DNA of 63,331 nucleotides, the filler included, from Gonapodya sp. JEL0774 (Eukaryota), in NCBI GenBank assembly GCA_027604505.1. It is 16 parts of 16 records of this genome, joined end to end, with 100 filler letters (N's around TTAATTAATTAA, not from the genome) between each part and the next. Parts side by side here need not be neighbours in the genome. Positions count along the whole stretch, not along the records: positions 47,641 to 51,491 come from JADIIX010001127.1; positions 51,592 to 55,440 come from JADIIX010001128.1; positions 55,541 to 59,386 come from JADIIX010001129.1; positions 59,487 to 63,331 come from JADIIX010001130.1; 12 more parts are not named here. The stretch is one strand, 5' to 3'. Each line of letters starts with the position of its first letter. Within the stretch, counting starts at the first letter, position 1. Both the position numbers and the translations under genes were made by a program. A model generated the notes under the pieces. It had not been told where the DNA came from. It saw nothing but the letters and a program-made list of their open reading frames with translations, and searched no databases. Below are positions 50,391 to 61,839 of this stretch, piece by piece.

Positions 50391-51491
50391 ATGCTCCTCC
50401 AGGTACTCGAAAGATCCTGTCCAACAGTTTTCATGCGTCCAATCCGCCATCACAGGGGACCTGAAAGGCTGTCCATCGTTGTCAAGGTTCTTGTCTTGGC
50501 CTCCGTGTTGGGAATGGTGAGGGATTACTCGCCCATCACTTATGCGACCGCAGTTCAGTGGTCAGAAAGGACCGGACCCGTCATTGGTGAGTGGGGCGGC
50601 GAAGAGAACTCCGTTTTTGGTGTGACGCTTAATCTGATGTTGGGGAAAATGTGACAAGGAATGGACATCGGCAACACGTTCACTCGCGTCGGTGAGTGCT
50701 ATTGGGTGCCTCTTATTCTTTTGTCCAAATCTCAAAAATGATTGTGTGTCAATCTCAGCCGTACAGTACAATAAGTCCTTGATGGTCATCCGAACTGAAC
50801 AGGGTGACCGAACCAGTAATTAAGCCCTTCTGCTCTGACTGCATCCCCATTAAATTCACTGTTATTACTCCATTTGTGTTCCCACTGCTCAGTACCGTCT
50901 TTGGTAACCTTCACCGAAGATGGAATTGTTTGCGGCCCAGCGGCGAGAAATCTCTTTCATCACGACTCAGACAACATGTTGTCCGGTGTGATCAGCCTTA
51001 TCGGACTCACATACACCAATGAATCCCATTCCCAAGCCATCGCTCTTCCGCAGACTATTCAGCTGGTAAACGTCTCTGGTCGTGTCGGCGTCCAAGTACG
51101 GCTGACGAACGAAACCAAAACGTACGCAATGGAGGAGGTTCTGGCAGCCACGATCAAGCGCGGGAAGCGTGTAGCAGAGTTGGAGCTGGGTGTCAACGTC
51201 ACTCACGCTGTGAGCTTGGTCGATTCTATACCAGGATGCTGGTTAAGGAGCAGCTCCTAACCTCGTGCTTTCGACACTGTTTCCAACAATTCAAATCTGC
51301 ACTTGCTCCAGATCGCTACAGTCCCGGTGCACTTCAACGACGCACAACGCCAGGCTCTGAGAGAGGCTGGGACTATCGCCGGTTTGACATGTGAGTCGGA
51401 TATGCTAGAATTTTTGTCCGGCTGCGTATTTTCCGAGTTCACCGATCCATGTTAGTCGAACGCATCATCAATTCGCCAACCGCGGCTGCGA
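50391..51491 (+). CDS. Divergent secretory-pathway Hsp70 (BiP/Kar2-like), 5' part
   Basis: Hydrophobic leader, then spliced PVI|GMDIGNTFTRV|AVQ...EQGDRT|IPSLVTFTEDG...VTHAV|IATVPVHFNDAQRQALREAGTIAGLT|FERIINSPTAAA. Frame intact over five introns. Confidence 0.85.
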
Positions 51492-51880
51492 NNNNNNNNN
51501 NNNNNNNNNNNNNNNNNNNNNNNNNNNNNNNNNNNTTAATTAATTAANNNNNNNNNNNNNNNNNNNNNNNNNNNNNNNNNNNNNNNNNNNNGCGGTCCAG
51601 GCTTCCGTTTCGTTTTCGAAAAGCCACTTGCCCACTTGTTCCAACTTAAGGAGTGCGGGGAGAGCAGAGCATAAATCAAGGCGTTTCTTTGGGAAGGTTC
51701 GTTACGGCACCAGCGTTGCCGATCAGTGGACATTCGCTTGGTGTACCTGTCTCCCCGCTCTGCAAAGCACCGATATTATTTCCCCCCAGTGACTAAAATG
51801 TCTTCCCAACTCCAGTGGCCATATCTACTACAGAAGCACACTTCTTCCCCGCCCAAGCGAGTCCGATATTTGCTCTGACG

Positions 51881-53661
51881 ATGCTCTCATCTCAGTACAG
51901 CTCTAAATACTCGCCCGATCCCGCACTGGATGCCGACTCCCGTTACTATTCTTCTTTTTTACCTCCCATGCCTGATCCTCGTCCATCGTCCCGAAACCAC
52001 AATCGTCGGAAAACCTCAAACGTCCCTGCCCAACTTCCACAGAATCTCGGTTACGAGCACTCCCACTCCCTCTCCGGATCTTTCACCGAACCCATCAACT
52101 CTCTCCCTTCCACTCCAAACCGCCGCCGTGATCGCTCGCAACCACCTCCCACTGGCATGATAGACCGTTCCAACCACGGAAGCGACAGTACATTATACTC
52201 TCCTGATCTTCGTGGACGTTCAACTTCTTCGGGTTCGTCGGATTCATCCTCCTCTGCTGCTCGTCGTGCTCGCAAATCCTCTCGTGGACCACCTCCGGAC
52301 CTCCAGCTCATTTCTGCCGTAGAGTCCCGGGACCCCGTGGCTGTCCGTCGTGCACTGGATCTCGGCGCGAATGCTAACGCAAGGAAGGTTTGCACACTTG
52401 CGTGCGAGGTGCACGCTGGTAGCAAAATTGTGGGCAAAGGGTTCCTGGGAACAAAACCTGACGATTATGGGCAGGAGAAGGGAACTGGTGCAGTGGAACA
52501 CTTGACTTCCATGGCTGCGGGTGAATCTGCACTGGCTGTTGCAATATTGAGAGGTATGTGCGGCAAATTTTTGGTCGATATGCGTCTCAAAACAATCTCC
52601 ATGACCACGCTTCCGTTTTCGCTGCTGGATCGGTCTCCTCCTCGTAGATTCTATAGACTCGGTTCGTCATCTTCTTGCCGCGGGAGCGAACCCCAATGTT
52701 CCCATTGAGTGGCGAATAATACGAGGTAGGCAGGTGTGGACAAAGCAAACGTGGTCAAAGGTGGTGGAATCGGGAGAGTGGGATTTGTCGTATCAGTGAG
52801 TCTCTCATCAATACGCGAGTTCGCCAGACTGATGGGATAACGATAACTTTCTGTACGTCTCACTACACGCTCATCAGCTTCGCAAATCACCTCGAGCTCG
52901 CCCTCGGTGTCGGAACTGGAACGGATCACCTCGGTTCCTTCCCACTCGATTACCTCGCTGGCGCCACACCCACAGACCCCGCCCAAGTATGGTGCACACC
53001 TCTCGGTGCCGCGCTTGTTCTCTCCGATCCCGGACCCAAAGATTCGACGTACGAGTCTGTTGCCTTTGTGCCGAACATTGAGATTGTGGAAGCGCTCGTT
53101 GCCGGCGGTGCAAAAGTGACTCAGGAGGCGAGAGAAGCGGTTCAAAAATGCTTGAACGATCCGAGGCGACTGAAAACCCTGGAGGTTGCCGAGGAGCGGA
53201 GGCGAATAAACGGAGGAGAATTGAGCCCGAATGCGAGAAGCCACCGCCAAAGACCCTCGAACGGCAGCTTCGGAAGCGGGCAAGTGTCGCTCCCGCGCTC
53301 TCTGGACGGGGCGTACGGACAACCTCAACAGTCCCCTTATCCCTCCACCCCGGCGTCGGATTGGAGTGGCCGAACGGTCGTCGACCCGCAAGCGAGCCTG
53401 CAGGTTCAGAACCAGCAATATCTCAGTCCCAATCCACACCAACACCAACAACAGTCTCACAGGCGGTATGAAAGCTGGGGTGGATCTGTGACCTCACTGG
53501 AGTCCCCCCGTTCCACAACGTCTTCCGGACCGGGATCTCCATATCAGGCAGGAAGCATGGGACGGACATCAAACACTGGTGCGGGTGGCGGCGCCGGGAA
53601 CTATGAGCGGCCGGATATTCCTGTCATCATGGGAATGAGGAATATGTCCTTAGGACTTTGA
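51881..53661 (+). CDS. Ankyrin-like repeat protein with interrupted repeats, copy 1 (2 introns)
   Basis: LISAVESRDPVAVRRALDLGANANARK...GESALAVAILR|DSIDSVRHLLAAGANPNVPIEW...|...NIEIVEALVAGGAKV. Start approximate. Confidence 0.75.
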
Positions 53662-54630
53662 GTGGCGACGCGGTACTAGTACAGTGATCTGATGTGTCGA
53701 GGATGAAGCATCTCCTAGCAAGCGATTTAAGATATCAATTCACACTAAAGCACTTAATTTTTAATGAGCTAATAGTTCGAAAAATAGTAAATAATGTGAT
53801 AATTTTTCATGAGACTCGTCGTCTTGACAGTGATTGTGGTCGGCACGGAACCGCCCCAAAGCGTGAGAGCGTCACAGGGCATGTACTCTACGGCACTGAT
53901 CGCCTTCTGGAAAGTGCCTCAAAAGTAACGGAGGCGTCATGGCATTCTCCTCGCACTTCCTGATCTATCAACGTAATTCGTAATGTCCCCTTCGTGCATC
54001 CCAAGACTCCTCGCGTTCTCAGTGGGCAAGGTACGACTTTCGCGTGCGCTCTTCCTGTTACGTACATTTTTGACTCTACGTGATCTTATCACATGAGTGG
54101 CCACTAAAGAGCCTAAAAAGGAGGTAGAAAAAAAAAGTGTACCCCAAAAGGTTCGCGTGTAAGGGCCAACGAACAAACCTCCACCGCCGAAGGAACGTGT
54201 ACGTGACGCGAGAGTGGTAGTGATGTTCGGCAGATCCCGAGATTGCGGGACAGCCAGTTGCAGCCATGAGCCATTTGTCTAACCGACAGCCGATTATTGA
54301 CAACACGACGCCACATGCCCCAATCTCGCAAGCCTGTATATGGAAGAGATATACACAGTCATATTTTGACCGCACGCCTGAGCATGGAAGTAATACAGCG
54401 GCAATTTTCGGGATCTTTCATTCTGGTTTTGGGTTGGAACAGTAAAACGTCGGATGTATATTGGAGGCGACCTGTTTGGGTGTTTGCGTGGGGGAAACAT
54501 TCCGCCCGGGAAAATAATTCGTTACCTGTCAGATTTTCGATCCTGTATCAGCCACGTCCTCAATCGGACCCATCAAGCCTGCTGATACGAACAATTCACA
54601 TCGTTCATCAATCATCAGCATCCTCCAGTA

Positions 54631-55440
54631 ATGGCCGCCCGCTCTCTCCCCGGGTCGCCCGACAGAACGTACCCAACGATGTCCTCAACCTCCACCACCG
54701 TTTGGAGCAATTCCGCGCCACGTCCCAGTTCCAGTAGAGAATCCATCGCGAACTCGGACACTACCAAACACTCGGGGGGACGGCCGGCCAATAACTTCAG
54801 CAGCGCCCAAAGCGGCAAACTCCTTGAGGCGGTCGAAGCGAACGATTTTGCCGCCGTCAAGGCAGCTATCGCAAATGGTGGGGACCCGAACGCACGAAAG
54901 AGGATTTCTCTGGGTTGCATGGTTTACGACGGGTCGAAGTGGTCGACTGGATTCTTCGGCGGTGCACCCAAAGAGAAGCCGGTCGGCAAATTTCTGGCCC
55001 GGAACACCGGCGCTGTCGGAGAGAGCGCACTGGCAGTCGCCATTCTGCGCAGCAACGCTAGAATGGTCCACTTCCTCCTCGAGAATGGCGCCGATCCAAA
55101 TCTCCCTGTCGAGTGGAAGATCATCCGTGGGAGAGCCGTTTGGAGCATTCCTGTCTGGCAAAGTGTCATCGAAAGTGGCTCTTGGGATTTAACCTACCGG
55201 TTTGAAAACGCATTGAATCTCGCTATCGGTGAGGGTACGGCGAGGGACCCACAAGGGGTTTCGAGGATCGAGTGTCTCGGGAGCACGTCTCGAGAGCTGT
55301 GGGTCAACCAGCGCAGCCCCGTCATCCTTTCGGACCCTGGCACTAGGTCCGGGGAAAAGCCCACCTACAACACTATCGAATTCACACCGGACCTCGAGAT
55401 CGTGGACCTCCTCCTCAAGTACGGTGCACACGTCAGCCCA
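54631..55440 (+). CDS. Ankyrin-like repeat protein, copy 2, truncated
   Basis: LLEAVEANDFAAVKAAIANGGDPNARK...GESALAVAILRSNARMVHFLLENGADPNLPVEW...DLEIVDLLLKYGAHV in one open frame. Confidence 0.8.
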
Positions 55441-55540
55441 NNNNNNNNNNNNNNNNNNNNNNNNNNNNNNNNNNNNNNNNNNNNTTAATTAATTAANNNN
55501 NNNNNNNNNNNNNNNNNNNNNNNNNNNNNNNNNNNNNNNN

Positions 55541-56639
55541 GTTTCCGTTGGATCACGTGCGGGTTCGGGTCCCGGCTTGGAGGAGATCTCATCATCTTCA
55601 AAAGTCGAGGAGCTGTCTTCCCCAATGATAACTTCCTCGACCACCTCAATACCGTCCTTTATCCTTCTCCTTCTCTTCACCGCTTGAGCGGCTCTTACGG
55701 GAACGCCTGCTCTCTCTCTCCCTTCCTTTCTGTCCATCCAGCTCACCAAAACTACAGCCAAGGCGCTCACGGTGCAGCATATTGCACCAACCACCGGTGC
55801 CCATTGGACTCCCACTGCTTGAGCAATCCAAGGTGACGCAATATCATTGAGGGCAGTGGAGGACCTCACAAACGCGAGATTGATACCGACAGCAAGTGCA
55901 AGTCCTGGGAGCGCCGGATTGTGGGGACGGACCGTTGCGCCAGGAAGGGTGGACGGCGGCGAGAACCATTCGGTGGCAAGACTGACCTGGGCGACGTCCA
56001 CGGTTTCAGATCCAACACCAAACAAGCAACGGCCAACGAGCATGAGCGGAAATAAGCGGAGATGTACGCCTAGGGCAAATAGGATTTGGCCCGAAAGGAC
56101 CATGGTGGAGAATACGGTGAGTGTGAGGGAAGGACCGAGCCTGTCTGAGAGGATACCACCAAGAAGAGGGAGAATTGTGTTGGGAAGCGAGTACGCCGTA
56201 TCTGAAAGAGAATTGGATGAGGAGAGAGTTCAAGGGGTGTTGATGAAATCGATTCCACGGGGGAGTTGCCTCTGGTCAGAAGTATTGGCACTTACAGAGG
56301 AGGTTCAGTTTATACTGCCACTCCTCGTACTCGATTCCGAGCCATTCTCTAAGATTGACATTCAACGCGGCAGGCTGCAGTTCACCAAATAATCGCCGTG
56401 AGGGGGTGATCGTGTTGCAGAAAGACCGTTGAACCTTGAACCCACCATATCATAACTGACATGAGTTGTAACCGATCCAAAGTCGTCCATTGGTTTCAAT
56501 TAACGTTCTTCATATTGTATGAGCCCCCTTCTCGTCGGCCTTCTCACCAGTAATAGGTTCCGAGTACACAAATGCACAGCGCCGCGAGCATTCTCCAATG
56601 CTGTGAAGCACTCGGCGGCTCCATTGACAGTCGTTCCAT
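55541..56639 (-). CDS. MFSD1: MFS transporter, MFSD1-like, 5' part
   Basis: Spliced: MERLS...LGTYYC|YDM|PAALNVNLREWL...QYKLNLL|...YSLPNTILPLLGGILSDRLG...GQILFALG...GRCLFGVGSETVDVAQ...WF. Confidence 0.85.
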
Positions 56640-57074
56640 CTTATTCAAAATGTATGACGATTGCCACCATGTCAATCCGCACCTGGCGGGCGGCTGGGAG
56701 GGCGATTTGGTGTTGGGGTTGCGGTTCGGTCATCACCGCGACCTGCTCACAGTGCACACGTCTTGTACCTGCCACAGTCTACATTGGAGTTCTGGATGGA
56801 ACATGCAAACTACATTGAGACAGAACTTGATCAATTAAATTTACAAGTTCAATAAGGGTCTCAGACTTCTCGGCATTTTGCACACCCAGCATACCTAACT
56901 CATTTTGGAATCATTTTACACAGATTTGGCAACAGAAAGTTAGATGCTCAAACTGCATGGTTGTTGTCGATTTCTGCTGTGGATGTCTTGTGGGAAGAAA
57001 CGGGAAATTCATGAGAGTCAAAGATTCCCCACAGTCCTCGTTATCAAACATCCCACCGAAGCCGCTTTCCGGAC

Positions 57075-59386
57075 ATGGCAGCGAACGTCAGCTCGCCGCC
57101 CGCAAGCACCCAACGATCTCAAGTTGCTGTCAGTGACTCCGTGTCGAGCTCCGCTCCGCCTTACCTTGCCAGTGTAGAAACGTTTCTCCGATCCGTTGCG
57201 GGGCCAATATCCACGTATTTGGACCACGAATCGTCTATCAGATGCTATGAAAAACTTCTGAATGGAGAACGAAGATCCAGCTTTCACGGGCTTGAGGTTC
57301 GTTCGTGCGAAACCATTGCTGATGTCCGTAAAAAGCTTTTCACCGAATTATCAACACTCCGGGCATCGAAGGCCGATAAGATGCGTGAAATAGTCCGAGA
57401 TCTTAAATCTCAACAACGCCAAGCCATCATCGATCTTGGGGACATACGACAAATCGTTCTGCAGTTTACATTGGGTTTCGTAACCAGAGCGGAACTGGAT
57501 GGGCTTTTGCAGGAGAAGCTACTGCCTTTCCAAGACTCTGTTTCTCGAACGATGCATACTGCACACGCTCAACTAACCACCCGAATGGAGGACCACATCA
57601 CGAAGAGAATTGACATGGCCATTGCAAACGTAATGGCGAACTTCGTGAGCAATGAAGCGCTTTCGGAGACTAAGCGTGCTTTGGTGACGATTGACGAGTT
57701 TAAAGCGACTGCTGAGAGAAACTCTCAGATTCACGCCTCACTCTTCTCGAGAAGTCGTTCGACGGTGACGGCAGACGAAATGATGAAAGCACTGGAGGAA
57801 CGCACACGCAGCTTCGTATCAGAGTCTACTATTGAAGCTGTGGTGAATAAATTGGTCGAGGAGAGGACCCAACAACTCGTGACAGCTACCCAGCTGATGG
57901 AGCGCCGAGTGACCGCCATGGAAAAGGAGGTTCGAGAGCGCACTCTGAATCTCAACGAGCAACTCGCTACCATGAATAGACTTACTGAGGACCGGAATTT
58001 AGATTTTGTGACCGCTGACCAGCTCAGTGAGAGACTTGGTGTGGAGAAGAAGATAGTGGAAGAAAGGATGCTTACTCTAGCGACGGCGGACCAGCTCAAG
58101 GAGCAGCTCACCGCGATGAACATGCAAGCTGAAGAACGGACTTCAGGTTTTGTGACTGCCGACCAGCTGACGGAGCAGCTCACAGAAGCACTCGATGAGA
58201 AGACTCGGGACTTTGTCACCAGGTCACACTACGGCAATGAGATCTCCCAACTCGCTGAAGCAGTCAAATCCAATGTGGCTGTCTCAATGGAGGAAGCTAG
58301 GACCCGAATGACTGAGCATGTTGAGAGCACAGTTTCTGCCCACCTCCATCAAGTTATCGAGGAAAAAACAAGGGAGTTCGTCTCGTTGTCCACAATGGCT
58401 GCCGCCGTTGACAGGATGGAGCAAAAAACCGCGAACGCAGTAACAATGGACCAGCTTGAGCGCTTGCTCGATGAACGGACGAGCGACTTCCTCACCACAT
58501 CGAAACATCGGGATCAAGTTGTGAAACCGTTGGACGCTTTTAGAAGCCGATTGGAGGTGGCACTGGACAAGGTTAATGCTCGTATTGATGACGAAGTGTC
58601 GGCCCTGGTCCAGAAAACGCTATTGCATGAAGTGCCGAACCTGGTCCACAAAACGCTGGGTCACCAAGTTGAAACTCAAGTCGGCCTTGCACTGGAGAAC
58701 GTCCGACATTTTGTTCGCAAATGCATTGACGAGAATCCGACTTCATCAGCGGAGAATGTTTCAAGGATTATTTTGGAGCGCCCTCAGTTCCATGAGAGGG
58801 TGAGAGTTGCCGTACGACAGGCTGTGGACGCAGCATTGCAGGTAAAGTAGATTTTCGGTCACATCGCTTTGATCTATATGGGTATCAATGCCATCTCCGT
58901 CATTCTCTCTTAATAGATCAGATCCGGAACTGCTCAATTTCCTGCTGCTCTCGTTACTCGCTCCACGGTCACACAGCGAGTGAGATCAAGCACATCCGAA
59001 CCACGTAGAACTCCTCCTATAGAGCTGGTTACTAATTCTGAAACGCTCGATGGTGGTGTAAGTCTTCTGAACAGTGATGCGTTGGTTGAAGCGAGGTGAG
59101 AACTTATCCACACGGTATCCCTGAATTAGGCTGGCGAGCAACGGTTGTTGCATGGTTTACCAGCGGAAGAGCACTTTAGACTAAATGCAGATGCCGATGA
59201 GGATTCTGGAGAGGATGAGGAGCACTTGACGAACGGTTCTACGGTGGCAAAGGTTTCAGGGCTGGAGACTGGACCTGTTGGAGAACCAAGCACCACTCCT
59301 CAAAAGCAGAAAAGGTCACGAGGACCCCGAACCCTCTACTGTTTCAGAAACAATACCGCGGGACGAGGGGCCAAGAAGCTGATGGA
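57075..59386 (+). CDS. Long repetitive coiled-coil protein, 3' truncated
   Basis: First exon of about 590 codons with EERT..FVT.DQL repeats, ending ALQ|GTAAAG. Further exons probably continue to the contig edge. Confidence 0.8.
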
Positions 59387-59486
59387 NNNNNNNNNNNNNN
59401 NNNNNNNNNNNNNNNNNNNNNNNNNNNNNNTTAATTAATTAANNNNNNNNNNNNNNNNNNNNNNNNNNNNNNNNNNNNNNNNNNNN

Positions 59487-59895
59487 TCACAGCAACGCAC
59501 CGAACTGGGCACCCTCGACAGCTGTAAATGCCTTCTTGGCTCGGTTGATCGCACCCTTCATGGCTTCATCATCGCTTACTGGCTGGTCAGAAACTTCAGA
59601 AGAGACCTAAGGGAGAAAAGAGGGTTCAGGGAAAGAGTAATCAGAGATCTGAAGGAAGACGCATCCGGAAAGCTCCATACAATCCAGGCGCCTAGCTCCC
59701 AATTGCATCTCCAGATGGGCTGGTATGTGTTAGTTCAGCATCCCGAACCAAACCTACCGTTGTCCCAACCACCTCGACGACTTGTGGTGCAAAGATTTTC
59801 TCACAAGCAAGTTGTACCGCCCGGATTTTGGCGGCATTCTGGGAGCCGACGGCGATGCGAACATTTCCTCCGATCGTTTGCTGAATTGTACTCAT
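59487..59895 (-). CDS. yjjX: YjjX-type non-canonical purine NTPase (ITP/XTPase), 5' part
   Basis: IAVGSQNAAKIRAVQLACEKIF...VVGTT|VSSEVSDQPVSDDEAMKGAINRAKKA, matching the S.N..K..AV, S.V..QP and GA.NRA motifs of the family. Confidence 0.82.
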
Positions 59896-60009
59896 TTAAT
59901 GACTTTTGGGTGGAGTTGCCAAAACGGCCTTGGGGGTTCATGACCACAGCCAGCTACACAGCCCTTGCAGTATTATTGTTCAAAGTTCAATTCAACTTCA
60001 AAGAATTCA

Positions 60010-60822
60010 CTACAACGACGACAAAGGGAGCTGCTTGTCACTCCCGCCCATCTTTTTGGGAAGGTCGAGGTATCTGAACAGGTACAAAGGAGACGTGTGT
60101 GCTCACTGCTCATCGAAAGCACGTTTCACGGGGAAGGTCTACTCACTTCGGAAGACCGTCTGAAATTTTGCTGGGAGGCATAAAGCTGTTGAGCTTGTCC
60201 TCGCAGAAAATGCTGGTCAATCATGTAGTCTCAAGTTTCGTACAATGATCTTGGTATCAAGAACAACCCATCTCATCCACCCGCACTCACTGATATTCTG
60301 GTTTAAACCATCCGCGACCCATATCATCCGACGACATCGCAGAAATTGCGCGCACGGGACCTCCTCCCTTGGGAACCGTGACCACTTTTGAGTGACTGCA
60401 TGTTCCGGCGACCGATCATCCGAAGAACCCGCAAATGCAGTCTTTCTGTCAGTACATCACCAAATACGACACAAACAACACCACATTCTGACCATTTAAC
60501 ACAGCATGACCTCCTTGCCGCGTCCTTAGCGCCCGTGACTGACACTTCTTCTGTCTGCCCGTCCACACGGACATCTTTAAGCCTGAACATAGCTATGGGA
60601 ACGATCGGAGCGCCGTGAGCACGAGAGCAGGAATCACAGTGGCAGTAAAACATGCGTGCGGGAGGGGCGGTTGTGGTGACCTGAAAGTGGGGAGACACCG
60701 AACCGTTATATACTGTGAAGTCTGGATCGCATCTCGAGACCGGGATCACCGTGCGGATCGGAGTCGTCATCTATGCAGCGCACCGTTACAGCTCCGCAGT
60801 GGCATTGGAACTTGTGAGACAT
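60010..60822 (-). CDS. GFA/CENP-V (Mss4-like) zinc-binding protein, 5 exons
   Basis: MSHKFQCHCGAVT|VTT...FYCHCDSCSRAHGAP...RSCCVKC|HS...FKPEYH|IFC...DGLPK|YLDLPKKMGGSDKQLPLSSL*. Confidence 0.88.
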
Positions 60823-60970
60823 GACTTGATTGATTTAGACGTTGTGCCAGTTGATGTCGGCTTTTCGGACCGGGAAGCGCCGAGTGACATAACCAGCATT
60901 GAAGTCATAATTGCATCCCACTTTTTGAATGTATTTACTGGGTATTTCCACAAATCACTCTCTAGACAAA

Positions 60971-61672
60971 TCAGACTCTCCTGACCTTCTTTGTTGGTGG
61001 CTCCGCGACCTCGTTGGAGCCCTCCAACTCATCCTCTTCTCCACCAGTCACTGCCTCTTCGACAGCATTCTCGATTTCCGTGAGAAAATCTCCGGCGGAC
61101 TGAAGTGCACTCTGCTCCTCCACGGGATCGACAAACCCATCGGCAGCCTGACCAACCTCTGTCGCAACAACAGTTTCTGTGATAACAGTGGTTGTGGTAG
61201 TCGTTTGGATCACAACTGCACTTGTATCGTCGTCGCCTGTGTGATCCACCACGCCAGAGCTGTCAACGTCATCTCTGGTGGACATGTCATCTCCAGTCAT
61301 GAGCTCGCTGAAGATATTATCAGCACTTTCCGAATCGGGCGTTGCGTTGCATTGTGCTTCAACACTCTCAGCGGATGCTTGTTGCTCCATTTCGAGAGTG
61401 ACGTCATCCGAGGCATTCGAAACATGGCCTCCGTTCGATGAGGAGGCTGATGCATGAAATGAAGATGTACATGAGTTAAACCTTTTACAAAAGAACGATG
61501 TGAGCTCACGGTTGCTTTTCGCATTCGCGGCACTCGGCCCCGGCTCCGCCGACACCGCAACTTCCGCCGTCTCAGGTTTGTCGGAGAGATCTCCCGGGAC
61601 GGGAGGTTGAACGTCTGGGACATGAGTTGATACTTTGCTCTTGGTTCGAGGGCTTCGCCTTGCGTCTGACAT
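60971..61672 (-). CDS. Acidic disordered protein with C-terminal NLS-like motif, copy 1
   Basis: MSDARRSPRTKSKVSTHVPD...EPPTKKVRRV*. Confidence 0.6.
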   Translation of the reverse strand: MSDARRSPRTKSKVSTHVPDVQPPVPGDLSDKPETAEVAVSAEPGPSAANAKSNRELTSFFCKRFNSCTSSFHASASSSNGGHVSNASDDVTLEMEQQASAESVEAQCNATPDSESADNIFSELMTGDDMSTRDDVDSSGVVDHTGDDDTSAVVIQTTTTTTVITETVVATEVGQAADGFVDPVEEQSALQSAGDFLTEIENAVEEAVTGGEEDELEGSNEVAEPPTKKVRRV

Positions 61673-61839
61673 TGGTTCAGATCGGCAGGTGGAGTCTTCG
61701 GAGAGCCGTGGAAAGAGAAATAAAGGATAGGTAGACACAAAACAATGCACATACTCCGTCCCTTCTTAGCTCCCCCAAACGAGGATCTCAATTTTTCAGG
61801 TACCCTCATACTCTACAATGTATATCGAGCACTGTAATC

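Noticed and set aside
3890..59486. Regularly spaced TTAATTAATTAA as a CRISPR-like or biological repeat
   Set aside because: Always centred in exactly 88 Ns; it is a synthetic six-frame stop linker.
5294..60822. A detoxification or stress gene cluster (GST, RTA1, metallothionein, GFA, YjjX)
   Set aside because: The genes sit on different contigs joined artificially; only GFA and YjjX are truly adjacent.
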